A stretch of DNA of 64,000 bases from Promethearchaeota archaeon (GTDB lineage Archaea; Asgardarchaeota; Thorarchaeia; Thorarchaeales; Thorarchaeaceae), in the NCBI GenBank assembly GCA_014728035.1, contig WJMJ01000128.1, positions 1 to 64,000 of the forward strand. The letters are read 5' to 3'. How positions within the stretch are numbered: position 1 is the stretch's first letter; each line of letters starts with the position of its first letter. The position numbers and the translations under genes are program-made. This document shows, in pieces, positions 39,969 through 49,880 of this stretch. The notes under the pieces are model-generated. The model did not search any database and was not told the DNA's origin. It saw only the letters and a program-made list of their open reading frames with translations.

Positions 39969-40568
39969 CTATTGAGTTGTTTGAGAAACTCCTATATCAA
40001 AGGCTTCAAGATTTTTTTCACTTGACCCTAAAACGTTAATGAGCGCAGCTCTAATAGAATCAATGGAGAGGGGGGAAATTCTCATACCGGCCATCACACC
40101 AATAAGGAGTACATTAAGAGAACGAAAAGCATCGATAGACCGAAGAATCTTATCTGTATCGATAGCAATCACTTTCATGCAAATTTTTTGGTGAATTGCA
40201 ACAATACGTTCAACATCAGGATAGTGTTCAGTGCCTCTATGTACATTGCTTGAATAGATAGGGGTTTTACTCAGAATCGCAATAGTATCAGACCCTGCGA
40301 ATTTCACAGATGCTCGAAGAGATTCTATCGGTTCCAAACCAATCAAAAGATTGAGTGTTCCCTTGGGAACTAAAGGACTTGCATCTTTATCCCAAACTCG
40401 GATATGAGTGAAAACAGATCCACCTCTTCTTGATGCACCAAAGGTTTCCCCTACAACAGGACGTAACTCTTCAAGCTGAACAGCTTTTGCAAGTACTCTT
40501 CCAGCAATAACATTGCCTTGCCCACCAACACCAGCGAATATGATGTTATATGGATAATCCATATTCAT
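39969..40568 (-). CDS. iorB: Indolepyruvate:ferredoxin oxidoreductase beta subunit
   Basis: AGVGGQG, GETFGASRRGGSVFTHIR. Confidence 0.88.
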   Translation of the reverse strand: MNMDYPYNIIFAGVGGQGNVIAGRVLAKAVQLEELRPVVGETFGASRRGGSVFTHIRVWDKDASPLVPKGTLNLLIGLEPIESLRASVKFAGSDTIAILSKTPIYSSNVHRGTEHYPDVERIVAIHQKICMKVIAIDTDKILRSIDAFRSLNVLLIGVMAGMRISPLSIDSIRAALINVLGSSEKNLEAFDIGVSQTTQ

Positions 40569-42418
40569 TCCTCCTCAATAGCCCCATGAGGACAAACTGA
40601 TATACAAGACCCACATCTCACACATTGATACTGCAGAATTTCTGCTTTCTCGGTTTGCTTGTTCCAAGTGATTGCAGTACAACCATAATCGCGAACACAA
40701 ATTTTACAATCAGTACCACGACATAATTCAGATTTTACTATAATACGCGATGCATCACCTTGTTTCTGCCTACGTTTTTCTTCGAGCCTGCAAACCCCAT
40801 CTAATAGGAGTACCTTTAGTCCAGACTCCTTTATAGTTGAATAGATCAAATCAGTTAGCTGAGACACATCGGTTGAATCTATCCTTGTAAATACATCTGG
40901 TTTAATACTTTGAACAATATCCGGAATTCTGACCATGTGCTTCATTTCGCCGATTTTCATGGAACCAGGATGCGATTGAAACCCTGTCATTGCGGTAGTA
41001 GCATTGTTCAGAATAAGAAAAGTCAAATCAGCATTATGATGACGGGCATCAATAAGAGCAGGAATACAGGCGTGAAAGAAGGTCGAATCTCCTGCCACTG
41101 AAACCACTTTTGATTCAAGTCCAAACTTAGAAAGCTGTCCAATGCCACTAGCTGTTCCAATTCCTGATCCCATTGCTTGCATTGACTCCAAAACATCATT
41201 ATAGAACACCCCCAAAGAATAACATCCAATATCTCCGGTTACTATCAGATTTCCTTTCAACCTTTTTCGAACTCGACTTAAGGCATAGAATACATTTCTA
41301 TGAGTGCATCCTGCACAAAATGTTAAGGGTCGGGATATCAGATGTTTTTCAGCATCATGGATACCTTCAGGCATTGTAGGCTGTTTCATTAATGTGACAA
41401 ACTCACGTAGAGATTCTAATACAACATCTACATTCATCTCACCATGAGCTGGAACGAGATTGGTTCGTTTCCCCTCAATTCTACAAGTATGATCTTGAGT
41501 TGAAGCTATTGCACGGAATTCATCCTCAACAAAAGAATCAGTTTCTTCGAAGAAGATGATAGTCTTTGCTTCTTCTAGTGCTTGTCTAACAAGTTTATCA
41601 GGAAGAGGAAAAGTTGTAACAAGACCTAGGAGGGACACTGCTTCTTCAATATACAATTGTGCTTCTTCAACGTATTTTTGGCAGACACCTGTGGAAATAA
41701 TTACTATATCATTCCAGTCAATAGGAATGGTATTGAGAGTGAAAGAGTTGAATTGCTCTCGTATTTTTTCAATTCGCCCCAGTAAGTCGAGATGGCGAAG
41801 GTCCGGGTGAGGTACATTGTAGAGACCTTTTGGTAAATTCTGATGGGCAATCCATTTTCCACTGGAGATGTTTTCTGTTTTAACTAATGCGCTGGAATGA
41901 GATAATCTAGTTGTACTGCGAATTAGAACTGGGATTTGGAAATCTTGGGAGAGTTTCAGTGCAAAGTCCATGACGTCGTACGCTTCCTGTGGAGTACTTG
42001 GTTCTAGTAATGGAATATTAGCAGCTTTTGCGTAGAAACGGGAGTCCTGTTCATTACTAGAACTATGTCCCTTCGGATCATCACAGACAATTATTACGAG
42101 CCCACCAGTTCCAGTGCCGGAGAGATTTAGATTTAATAGAAAATCTGAAGCCACATTTAGCCCCAATGATTTCATTACACAGACTGATGGGATACCCATC
42201 CAGCTTGCTCCAGCAGCTGCTTCCAAAGCGACTTTTTCGTTCACTGCCCATTCAATGATGTTGTTTGTTTTTGATTGGTAAAGCATAAGGGTCTCAATAA
42301 TCTCTGTCGAGGGAGTCCCAGGATATCCAGTACAGAAACCTATTCCTGCTGAAATAGATCCTCTTGCAAAAGCGATATTCCCACTCATTAACTGCTCAGA
42401 TTTGAGACCTGAATCCAT
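40565..42418 (-). CDS. iorA: Indolepyruvate:ferredoxin oxidoreductase alpha subunit (start revised)
   Basis: GYPGTPSTE, NEKVALE, DDP..HSS.NEQDSR, FCAGCTHR, GDIGC, GDSTFFH, C-terminal ferredoxin cysteines. Confidence 0.92.
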   Translation of the reverse strand: MDSGLKSEQLMSGNIAFARGSISAGIGFCTGYPGTPSTEIIETLMLYQSKTNNIIEWAVNEKVALEAAAGASWMGIPSVCVMKSLGLNVASDFLLNLNLSGTGTGGLVIIVCDDPKGHSSSNEQDSRFYAKAANIPLLEPSTPQEAYDVMDFALKLSQDFQIPVLIRSTTRLSHSSALVKTENISSGKWIAHQNLPKGLYNVPHPDLRHLDLLGRIEKIREQFNSFTLNTIPIDWNDIVIISTGVCQKYVEEAQLYIEEAVSLLGLVTTFPLPDKLVRQALEEAKTIIFFEETDSFVEDEFRAIASTQDHTCRIEGKRTNLVPAHGEMNVDVVLESLREFVTLMKQPTMPEGIHDAEKHLISRPLTFCAGCTHRNVFYALSRVRKRLKGNLIVTGDIGCYSLGVFYNDVLESMQAMGSGIGTASGIGQLSKFGLESKVVSVAGDSTFFHACIPALIDARHHNADLTFLILNNATTAMTGFQSHPGSMKIGEMKHMVRIPDIVQSIKPDVFTRIDSTDVSQLTDLIYSTIKESGLKVLLLDGVCRLEEKRRQKQGDASRIIVKSELCRGTDCKICVRDYGCTAITWNKQTEKAEILQYQCVRCGSCISVCPHGAIEEE

Positions 42419-42531
42419 AGTAACCGAACTCACCATCCCAAAGATAAAGCAATAGAAAACAGTTTCCATTAACATAATTCCTGAGTGAAAACAATGAAAA
42501 AGGGTTGTGAATACTAGAAATTCGAATAACC

Positions 42532-43605
42532 ATGAGTAAAAAAGGAGAGGCACGAGGTAAAAAACTCACATCCGTGTTCTCAATTTCACACGATAAAGAC
42601 GTGGATGGGTTATGTGCTGCAGCAATTGTTGCTAGATATGCAAAACAGAAAAACCTCGAATTCGATGTACTCCTAACAGATTACGGATCATTCGAATATG
42701 CATTCTCGAAAGTAGCAGGATTGCGGGATACACTTATTGTAGTTACTGATCTCGGATTAGATGAGAACTATTTGGACGCTGTTGAGAAGGGCTTAAGCAG
42801 GGCGATTTCCCAGAATTGTAGAGTAGTATGGCTGGATCACCACGAGTGGTCAAAAGAAGCTATCAAGACAATTATTCAATTAGAACGGAAGCCAATTGTG
42901 AAAATCAATCACGATTTCTGTGCAGCGGAGATAGTATACAAAGTATTGATGCCTAGAGACCTCATCAGTGGAGAACTGGCTGCAATTGCTCATGATACTG
43001 ATTTCAATGAAAGGAAGATACTAGCCGCAAATGCTTTGACTGATGCGGTATCAGTGATTAGATTTAGTGCGATTGACAAAAGACATGATATCACTGATTC
43101 ACTCAAACCCCTGTTATTTGCATTAAGTGAAAATGGAATTGCAGGAGTATGGGACTCGAAACGCAAGAAATTACGAGATAACCTTCTCGCAAAACAAGTG
43201 CATCATTATAGAAAAGACAAAGCAAAGAAAATGAAGAAAGCCTTTGCAGGCCATTGTGATCAAGAGATTAAAGAACTCTTAGTTAGAATTGTAGAGATTC
43301 CCTCAGGAGTCACAACAACAGATTTTGGCACATACCTAGCAAATCCAGATAATTTGGAAATCGATGGCAAAAAATACAAGCCAGCAGACCTTTTAATTAC
43401 ACTTAGTCAAGGTGGAATGTTAGGATTTAGAAGAAGTGGAGAAAAAGCACTTTGCAATGCAGCTGCAAAAATCTTCAAAGGTGGTGGCCATCCGTACGCA
43501 GCCGGAGGAGAATACGGGCTCTACGATGATTTTGGTGCGGTTTGTGCGGATATCTTCAACACCCTTAGCAAAGACACTTCTTGGATTACAGAAGAATCAG
43601 GATAA
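42532..43605 (+). CDS. DHH/DHHA1 phosphoesterase (nanoRNase-like)
   Basis: SHDKDVDG, VTDLG, WLDHH, GGGHPYAAGG. Confidence 0.88.
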   Translation: MSKKGEARGKKLTSVFSISHDKDVDGLCAAAIVARYAKQKNLEFDVLLTDYGSFEYAFSKVAGLRDTLIVVTDLGLDENYLDAVEKGLSRAISQNCRVVWLDHHEWSKEAIKTIIQLERKPIVKINHDFCAAEIVYKVLMPRDLISGELAAIAHDTDFNERKILAANALTDAVSVIRFSAIDKRHDITDSLKPLLFALSENGIAGVWDSKRKKLRDNLLAKQVHHYRKDKAKKMKKAFAGHCDQEIKELLVRIVEIPSGVTTTDFGTYLANPDNLEIDGKKYKPADLLITLSQGGMLGFRRSGEKALCNAAAKIFKGGGHPYAAGGEYGLYDDFGAVCADIFNTLSKDTSWITEESG

Positions 43606-43614
43606 TAATCAGTT

Positions 43615-44553
43615 TCACAATAGGTCAATAGGTTCAGATTCTTCCCATAGACGGTCAAAAGTCATAGATGCGGCTTTAATAAGTGGATAATTTGTTTCTT
43701 TAGTGATGAATACACCCGCATCTGGTTTGACCTTGTCACTGAGAAGCAACATCATTTTGGAGTCGTTCCAAATTATTGCACGATATGTTCTAATGGGTTT
43801 TGGATGAAGTCGAATCTGCAATTTTCCAGAACGAATTTGCTTTTCTAATGAAATCGGATTGGACTTGGTGATTTTTTTGACCGATTCCAAGAGATTGGTT
43901 TTCTCATCGGGTGGACAAAGAAACACTCTGATATCAACACCACGTTCAGCAGCTTTTATGAGCTGCCTTTGTATCGGGCTATATTCGATAGACTGTTGAA
44001 CGAAACTCCGATGGCCAAATACTCTTAGAATATCATCTTGTTTTGCAGGTTCTATTATCCCTACTATGATTGCGTTGCTAACTCCAACAATTCCATCAAT
44101 GCCCCCAGGTGAAATATATTCAGAACCCGATAAGTACGAGTAAAATTTTCGAGCTAGTAATAAGGGATTTACTGTTCTAAGATGGGCAATTTTCATTTTT
44201 AATCCTTGAATTGCAGTATCCTGTTCAAGAATCTTGATTTTGGATGCCTGACCAAGTGCATCTGCAATAATGTCTAGAGTGACAGAATATTTGTATGGAC
44301 GTCCAAGACTATCTTTGTGAACGAAACCACGATCTACAAGACTATTCAAACAGTTCCGTACCCATCCACGAGTAAAGGGTGTATTTCCTTCTCTTTCACG
44401 TGTGCTATTGATATACTCTAGAATTTCTTTAAAGACCAAGGGTCTGTTTGTATTTCGAGATAGTTCTAATATTCTTCGTAAAACTTGAATTTCCCGAGAG
44501 GTTTCCTTCGCATCTAGAATCGCCAGCAAGTGTTTGGCTGTTTCTGGTTTCAT
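43615..44553 (-). CDS. TrmB-like regulator (wHTH, coiled coil, PLD-like effector domain)
   Basis: WVRNCLNSLVDRGFV...RPYKY; AAERGVDIRVF; FDRLWEES. Confidence 0.7.
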   Translation of the reverse strand: MKPETAKHLLAILDAKETSREIQVLRRILELSRNTNRPLVFKEILEYINSTREREGNTPFTRGWVRNCLNSLVDRGFVHKDSLGRPYKYSVTLDIIADALGQASKIKILEQDTAIQGLKMKIAHLRTVNPLLLARKFYSYLSGSEYISPGGIDGIVGVSNAIIVGIIEPAKQDDILRVFGHRSFVQQSIEYSPIQRQLIKAAERGVDIRVFLCPPDEKTNLLESVKKITKSNPISLEKQIRSGKLQIRLHPKPIRTYRAIIWNDSKMMLLLSDKVKPDAGVFITKETNYPLIKAASMTFDRLWEESEPIDLL

Positions 44554-45437
44554 GGTAACACCTCTATTGTCAAAGAGGCATCAAAAAATTCTCTATCAAA
44601 AGTACGAAGTGCATCTAATATTATAACATGATTCAAATAATGTGGAATATATGATGCAGACAACGGTTCCTCCGATGTGACCATTATCAGACTATTATCA
44701 TTTAGACTCACAAATTGATACGTTGCATGAGTATGGATTCTTCTTCGAAACCATATTTTTTCTCTGTCACTAAGACCCCTTATATTCTCCAAAAGAGAAG
44801 ACGGCACTTTCCAATCATGAGGCACTAATACTCGAAGTTCCACACCAGCGCTAGTTAATTCTTGAATGTTCTCAATGTCTAATAGAACACAATCCATTTC
44901 AGTTCCGCCCCATCCCAATGACATTCGAATAGTATCAGCATTTCCTGCAACATTAAAGACTTCACTAGAAATTAGACGTAGAATACTTTGCGCTCCAAGA
45001 GCAAATCGTGATTTTCTCTTTTGTTTTTCACCAGTTAGAATCTCAATAAGATACTGAGCTAGTATAGTTGTATCTACTTGTTTCAACTCTTTTTGAGATT
45101 GCTCAATTGATCTAAGTTCTGCTCTTAATCTGTTGATTGACTCAGGTAAACGCTCTCTCAAAACCCGGTCAAGATGATCAAATCCAGTATTGTAGATGTG
45201 CTTATAGCCAGATTCATCGATGGTCACCAATCCAATCTTTTGTAGTTCACTCAGTCCACGATAAACCAAAGACTCGTTTGCTTTTTTTCCACGAAGAAGA
45301 TGCAATTTACTCATAATATCATTAAAAGTTGAACCAGTCAATCCTTGTGTTTGGATTATAGCAGTTAGAATATCAATATTAACCGAGTTCAAATCAATAC
45401 CCAGAAATTCTAACACAGCTTCGTCATTTTGAAACAT
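44550..45437 (-). CDS. TrmB-like regulator
   Basis: LVYRGLSELQKIGLV...YKHIY; AGVELRVL; FDREF; paralogous to its neighbours. Confidence 0.7.
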   Translation of the reverse strand: MFQNDEAVLEFLGIDLNSVNIDILTAIIQTQGLTGSTFNDIMSKLHLLRGKKANESLVYRGLSELQKIGLVTIDESGYKHIYNTGFDHLDRVLRERLPESINRLRAELRSIEQSQKELKQVDTTILAQYLIEILTGEKQKRKSRFALGAQSILRLISSEVFNVAGNADTIRMSLGWGGTEMDCVLLDIENIQELTSAGVELRVLVPHDWKVPSSLLENIRGLSDREKIWFRRRIHTHATYQFVSLNDNSLIMVTSEEPLSASYIPHYLNHVIILDALRTFDREFFDASLTIEVLP

Positions 45438-45800
45438 ATATGTTCACAAATCCTTACCAATAGATCTTCCAAAGGTCTGAGAGAACAATGCCGCCTATGA
45501 TAGCCGTTTTCTGCAAATGTTTGACCTTCTTCTGCATCATTAAGAACGTGGTATTCCGATTCACATAGGATTCTGAATAATCTCGGGTTGTATCACCTTT
45601 AACTAGTTCACAGGAAATCGCTCTATATGAAAAAGGAGCACATGGATACTGTTGAATTGAAAGCATTCCTTTTAGCAATGGCATTTCGCTAGAATCAGGA
45701 TTGATGTCAATACATATCTTTGAATATTCTAAATGCTTTTGCGTGTATTTCTTAAGCATGATGAATTACTCCTTTTGAAGAATCGATTTACTTTTTGTTC

Positions 45801-46874
45801 TTACTCTCCATGATTGCTCTGCTTTTCTCTAATATCTTCAATCGCGTCACTAAGTAGTCTTGAAACCTGAGTGTCATACTTGTTAAGAATCTCGGGTGTT
45901 AAGTCAAGAAGAGGAATTGCCTGTACCCATTCCTTGTCAAAAGCTTCACAAACATTGTCTATCATATCCGGATTGAAATCCCTACTGACATATATCGCCG
46001 TCATTGGATTTTCTGTGATAATTAGAACCATTTGTTCAGAACCTATTGTAAGATGACTATATGTTCTCGGCCCTTCGTAAAGACGAACAGTAAAAGGAAT
46101 ACCTTGTTTTCGGAAGCCATCTAGGACTTGTAACATCTGTTTGAAAAAATCAACTGGAAAACCAGACTTCTCGATATCATCAATTTCAAGTAATTCGGGA
46201 CCAACGAGATATTGAATCTCGATTCCTTTCATTGCAGTCCTAAGAAACTTCTGCATACGATTTTCAACATGGTCATCCAATGTTGACTGGACCCATTGGA
46301 GGATTACTCTTATCTTAGAGTTAGGATCAGCAGATGTTTCCATTAAATCATTCAAAACTATGTGAATCTCGTTGAGCCCTTTTAGAAAACGTGCCTTTAC
46401 TGTAGGGCGTTCGTCTGAGTATGTTTCGAACAACTGCTGTGCAAGTTGACTACAATTTAGCTTAGAGAGAATTTCTAATCGGTCTTCAAGGTATTCTTTT
46501 TGCTCTTCAATCTCTTGAATTTGGTTTTTCCGAATTGCTTCGAGGCCAGAAATAACCGTATTGATATCTGCGGTGTAGTGTTTTCTATAAGACCCTTCAG
46601 TCACTGTCTTGATTAACCCTGTAGTCTCGAGTTTCTTCAGTAGTCTTTGTACCCATGGTCTTGTAAGACTTGCACCAAAGGAAGTAACAAGTGTACTATA
46701 GATTTCTTTAGAAGTCAAAGAGGTGTTTCCTTGGCTTAAGGATTGTAAAATTGCTTGTAGAATCAACATTTCTGAACTAGGTTTTTCATCATCAACTAAT
46801 CCAAGAATACTGAGTGATTCCTTAAAGTCTTCAAAAGTCAATATATCCATGCCCTTTGTTACTATTTTTTCCAA
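45801..46874 (-). CDS. TrmB-like regulator
   Basis: WVQRLLKKLETTGLI...YRKHY; KGIEIQYL; FDKEWVQA. Confidence 0.7.
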   Translation of the reverse strand: MEKIVTKGMDILTFEDFKESLSILGLVDDEKPSSEMLILQAILQSLSQGNTSLTSKEIYSTLVTSFGASLTRPWVQRLLKKLETTGLIKTVTEGSYRKHYTADINTVISGLEAIRKNQIQEIEEQKEYLEDRLEILSKLNCSQLAQQLFETYSDERPTVKARFLKGLNEIHIVLNDLMETSADPNSKIRVILQWVQSTLDDHVENRMQKFLRTAMKGIEIQYLVGPELLEIDDIEKSGFPVDFFKQMLQVLDGFRKQGIPFTVRLYEGPRTYSHLTIGSEQMVLIITENPMTAIYVSRDFNPDMIDNVCEAFDKEWVQAIPLLDLTPEILNKYDTQVSRLLSDAIEDIREKQSNHGE

Positions 46875-47062
46875 GTAATGATTCCCAATATCCTTGTGAT
46901 TTGAGACGTCTTTCTTACTTCATGACTGTATACAAACACAGTATTTATAGAGATATGTATATCATCTAAGTATGTCGGGTCTAGCCGACACCAATCATAT
47001 CCGAAAAAATGAATTTCTTCGTGTTATGATTGCACGGCATGTTACGGCGGAAAAATCCGTCA

Positions 47063-47126
47063 GAAGCAGGGCTCCTCGGGGGGGCACCCCTGCTGTGGGG
47101 GGGTGAAATCCCTGCTTCACCTTTTT
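47063..47126. other. GC-rich multi-stem element (terminator or ncRNA 3' end)
   Basis: Outer stem GAAGCAGGG/CCCTGCTTC, inner CACCCC/GGGGTG, T5 on the + side. Confidence 0.5.
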
Positions 47127-47131
47127 GTTCT

Positions 47132-48358
47132 CTATAATCCACTTACTGCAATTGCTTTCATATAACCAATACCGATTTTTAGTACCATCGGTAAGAAGTT
47201 ACTGAATAAATTCATGTATGTAGAAACTCCAGCAGTCCCTTGAATAAGTTCATTCAAAGTTTTTGCATCTAATTCCTCAAGTACAATCTCCGCTGCTGAA
47301 ATAGGATCATTGAACATCGCATATTTAGAAACAGCCCACATACCTTTACCAGTTTGAGTAATGTTGTATGCAAGTTTTGAAGCACGATATTCTTTCTCAT
47401 ATTGCTTGACACTCTTTGCGGAATAATCTCCCTCATCAGCCATTCGTTTGGCATGTTTTGCAAGCATGATACCAGCATGGAAACAGGTAGTGACACCACC
47501 ACCCACAATCGAAGATACTTGACCAGCAGAATTACCGCATAGAGCAACTCCTGCATTAGTAAATCGAGGAATAATTCCAGCACATGGGACAACGCCACCA
47601 TTTACCGCAACAATTCTAGCATTCTTGGTTTCTTCGTGGGTACGCATATATTTTCGCAGTACATCTTTCATTGGTGGAAGTTTATTCCATTCTTCAACAG
47701 AGGATGGTACTCGACCAATTCCAAGGTTAACTTCCGTTTCACTTCGAGGATACATCCAGAGATAGCCGAGACCTACGTCTTTACCAACATAGAAGTAAGC
47801 AACATTTGGATCAACATCTTTGCAACCTGCAAGCTTGAATCGGTATCCATAACTCAGCAACCACTTAGGATGGGTAAAGCCTGCAGTTTCTGAAACTCTA
47901 CTGAACGATCCATCAGCACCGACAGTAAGTGATGCATTGATTGTTTCACCTTGGTTATATTTCACACCCGAAACAAAACCATCATCTTTAATTACAGAAG
48001 AAACACGTGAATTGAATTTGAAATCTGCCCCATCAGATTCAGCTCTTTCACGCATTAGCTCTTGGCATTTATCTTCATCTAACAAGTAGGAATTACCAAG
48101 TAGTGTACGGTCAACGACAATATTGGAACCCGTATCAAGACTTTCTCCAACTATAGAGGTGTATTTGTTTCCAACATACTCTGAAGTTGGTTGAACCCGT
48201 AAAAATCGTAATGCTTTGTCAGTTACGAGCTCACCCATCAATGAGTCAGTCTCTTTTTTTCGTTTTTCTAAAACAGTAATGTCAAGTCCATGGTCTGCCA
48301 TTCGCCAGGCTGACATGAGACCAGCGGGACCAGTTCCTGCTATTATCGCATCTTTCAT
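47132..48358 (-). CDS. Geranylgeranyl reductase-family FAD oxidoreductase
   Basis: IIAGTGPAG, VGADG..SRV, GYLWMYP, NLGIG, CGNSAGQV...GGG. Confidence 0.85.
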   Translation of the reverse strand: MKDAIIAGTGPAGLMSAWRMADHGLDITVLEKRKKETDSLMGELVTDKALRFLRVQPTSEYVGNKYTSIVGESLDTGSNIVVDRTLLGNSYLLDEDKCQELMRERAESDGADFKFNSRVSSVIKDDGFVSGVKYNQGETINASLTVGADGSFSRVSETAGFTHPKWLLSYGYRFKLAGCKDVDPNVAYFYVGKDVGLGYLWMYPRSETEVNLGIGRVPSSVEEWNKLPPMKDVLRKYMRTHEETKNARIVAVNGGVVPCAGIIPRFTNAGVALCGNSAGQVSSIVGGGVTTCFHAGIMLAKHAKRMADEGDYSAKSVKQYEKEYRASKLAYNITQTGKGMWAVSKYAMFNDPISAAEIVLEELDAKTLNELIQGTAGVSTYMNLFSNFLPMVLKIGIGYMKAIAVSGL

Positions 48359-48498
48359 TGTTCTTCACCAAGAATGCTTCTTGGATTTCGCAGAAAGAGT
48401 CCTCTATATCTCTTTTCCCTTGGTGAATATTTCCTCTAGTAACTAACTTATAGGGAGGTGTAAATGACAAAGACGAGTAAATTTGATGATGTGAAACC

Positions 48499-49359
48499 AT
48501 GAAAGCAAAGAGTATCGCTTATTCCATATACATGATTGTATCGATTCTATTTAGCTTCATGGTGGCATCCTTGATACCAATATTCATGTGGATGGTGTTC
48601 TACGAAAATATTGATCGAGTTATAGATGCAATGGGTTGGCCTTTTGTGAACTTTGAAGGTTTCATTCTTGACCTATTTGGACATCTACTACCTCAATTTG
48701 CTTTCGATCGGTTTTGGTTTCTGATATTCTTAGTTCCAATGACCTTGATATGTTATGGATTCTTTCTTGGTTTTCTTATCGGTATGTTCAAGTTATCACG
48801 AAGAGGCATTCCGTTTTTGGAAGATGGATACTATCCTATGGAAACGGAAAAATGGCTGTTGTATGAATACTACGAAGTTTACTATATTATGCTACCGTAT
48901 TTTGCTTGGTTCTTCAGCGTGTTCTTAGACACAAAACCTCGACACACTCTATTTGGTGCTAAAATTGGTTCTAACACAGTAGTTGGTAGTGGAAGGTTGT
49001 TCAATCCAGAACGAACCGAAATTGGAAACGATTGTTTCTTTGGATATGATGCCATTGTGAGTGGGCATGTGTATGAAGGAGATAGACTCTACTTGAAGAA
49101 GGTAAAAATAGGTAACAATGTTACAGTAGGTGCTAATGCGGTCATCCTTGCAGGGGCAGTCATTGGAGATAATGTTATTGTGGGAGCAAATTCAGTCGTT
49201 CCAAAAAACCGAGAGATTCCACCAGATACGATTTGGGTACATGGAAAAGCGATACCCAGGAAGTCTCGAAGAATAAAGCCAACAGATGCGGGAGTGGTGA
49301 AAGAACCAGCTGCTGAGGAAGACCTGACCGATGATGAACTTACAGAAATAGATGACTAG
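48499..49359 (+). CDS. Membrane protein with hexapeptide-repeat (LbH) acyltransferase domain
   Basis: N-terminal TM helices; FGAKIG, KIGNNVTVGANAVILAGAVIGDNVIVGANSVV. Confidence 0.8.
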   Translation: MKAKSIAYSIYMIVSILFSFMVASLIPIFMWMVFYENIDRVIDAMGWPFVNFEGFILDLFGHLLPQFAFDRFWFLIFLVPMTLICYGFFLGFLIGMFKLSRRGIPFLEDGYYPMETEKWLLYEYYEVYYIMLPYFAWFFSVFLDTKPRHTLFGAKIGSNTVVGSGRLFNPERTEIGNDCFFGYDAIVSGHVYEGDRLYLKKVKIGNNVTVGANAVILAGAVIGDNVIVGANSVVPKNREIPPDTIWVHGKAIPRKSRRIKPTDAGVVKEPAAEEDLTDDELTEIDD

Positions 49360-49425
49360 AACACTTCATTCCATATTTCTAACAGATATTGGACAAGGCT
49401 AATATCACTCAAAAGGAGTGACTTA

Positions 49426-49845
49426 TTGAGAGAGATTGCTTTGCGTCTTCTAATGTTTCATGTTGAAAACTTTTGGTATAATCCTCACAATCCGCAGAAT
49501 CCAGATATCCGAAACGAGCGGTTGGCCTTTGACGAATCAATCCTTGTTTGGATTCAAGCAGAAGAAAAGGACGAAGAAGAACGCACGAAAGTACTCCGAA
49601 AAATGGTCAAAAATATCCGATGGCTTAGCAAGAAATTGAATTGTAATAGCATAATTTTACATTCATTTGCACATCTAGGTGATAGTAAATCCTCACCCGA
49701 ATTTGCAGACGAAGTTATTGAAGAAACGATGAAGCGTCTAGTGGATCGAGACTACAAAGTCCACATTGTTCCATTCGGAATATTCAATGAATTCCAGATG
49801 CATGTCAAAGGACCATCTCTTGCAAAAGTATTCAAGCAATTCTAG
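49426..49845 (+). CDS. Free-standing archaeal ThrRS editing domain
   Basis: RLLMFHV, IILHSFAHL, PFGIFNEFQMHVKGPSLAK. Confidence 0.85.
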   Translation: MREIALRLLMFHVENFWYNPHNPQNPDIRNERLAFDESILVWIQAEEKDEEERTKVLRKMVKNIRWLSKKLNCNSIILHSFAHLGDSKSSPEFADEVIEETMKRLVDRDYKVHIVPFGIFNEFQMHVKGPSLAKVFKQF

Positions 49846-49880
49846 GCGATTATATCAGTTGATACAGATAGGTAAGTAGA

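Noticed and set aside
45541-45759. N-terminal part of the 101-aa ORF between the TrmB-like genes
   Set aside because: No recognisable features and spans a probable promoter region; only the SD-preceded tail was kept as a candidate.
47063-47118. Possible hammerhead ribozyme or tRNA
   Set aside because: Lacks the CUGANGA core and tRNA D/T-loop signatures.
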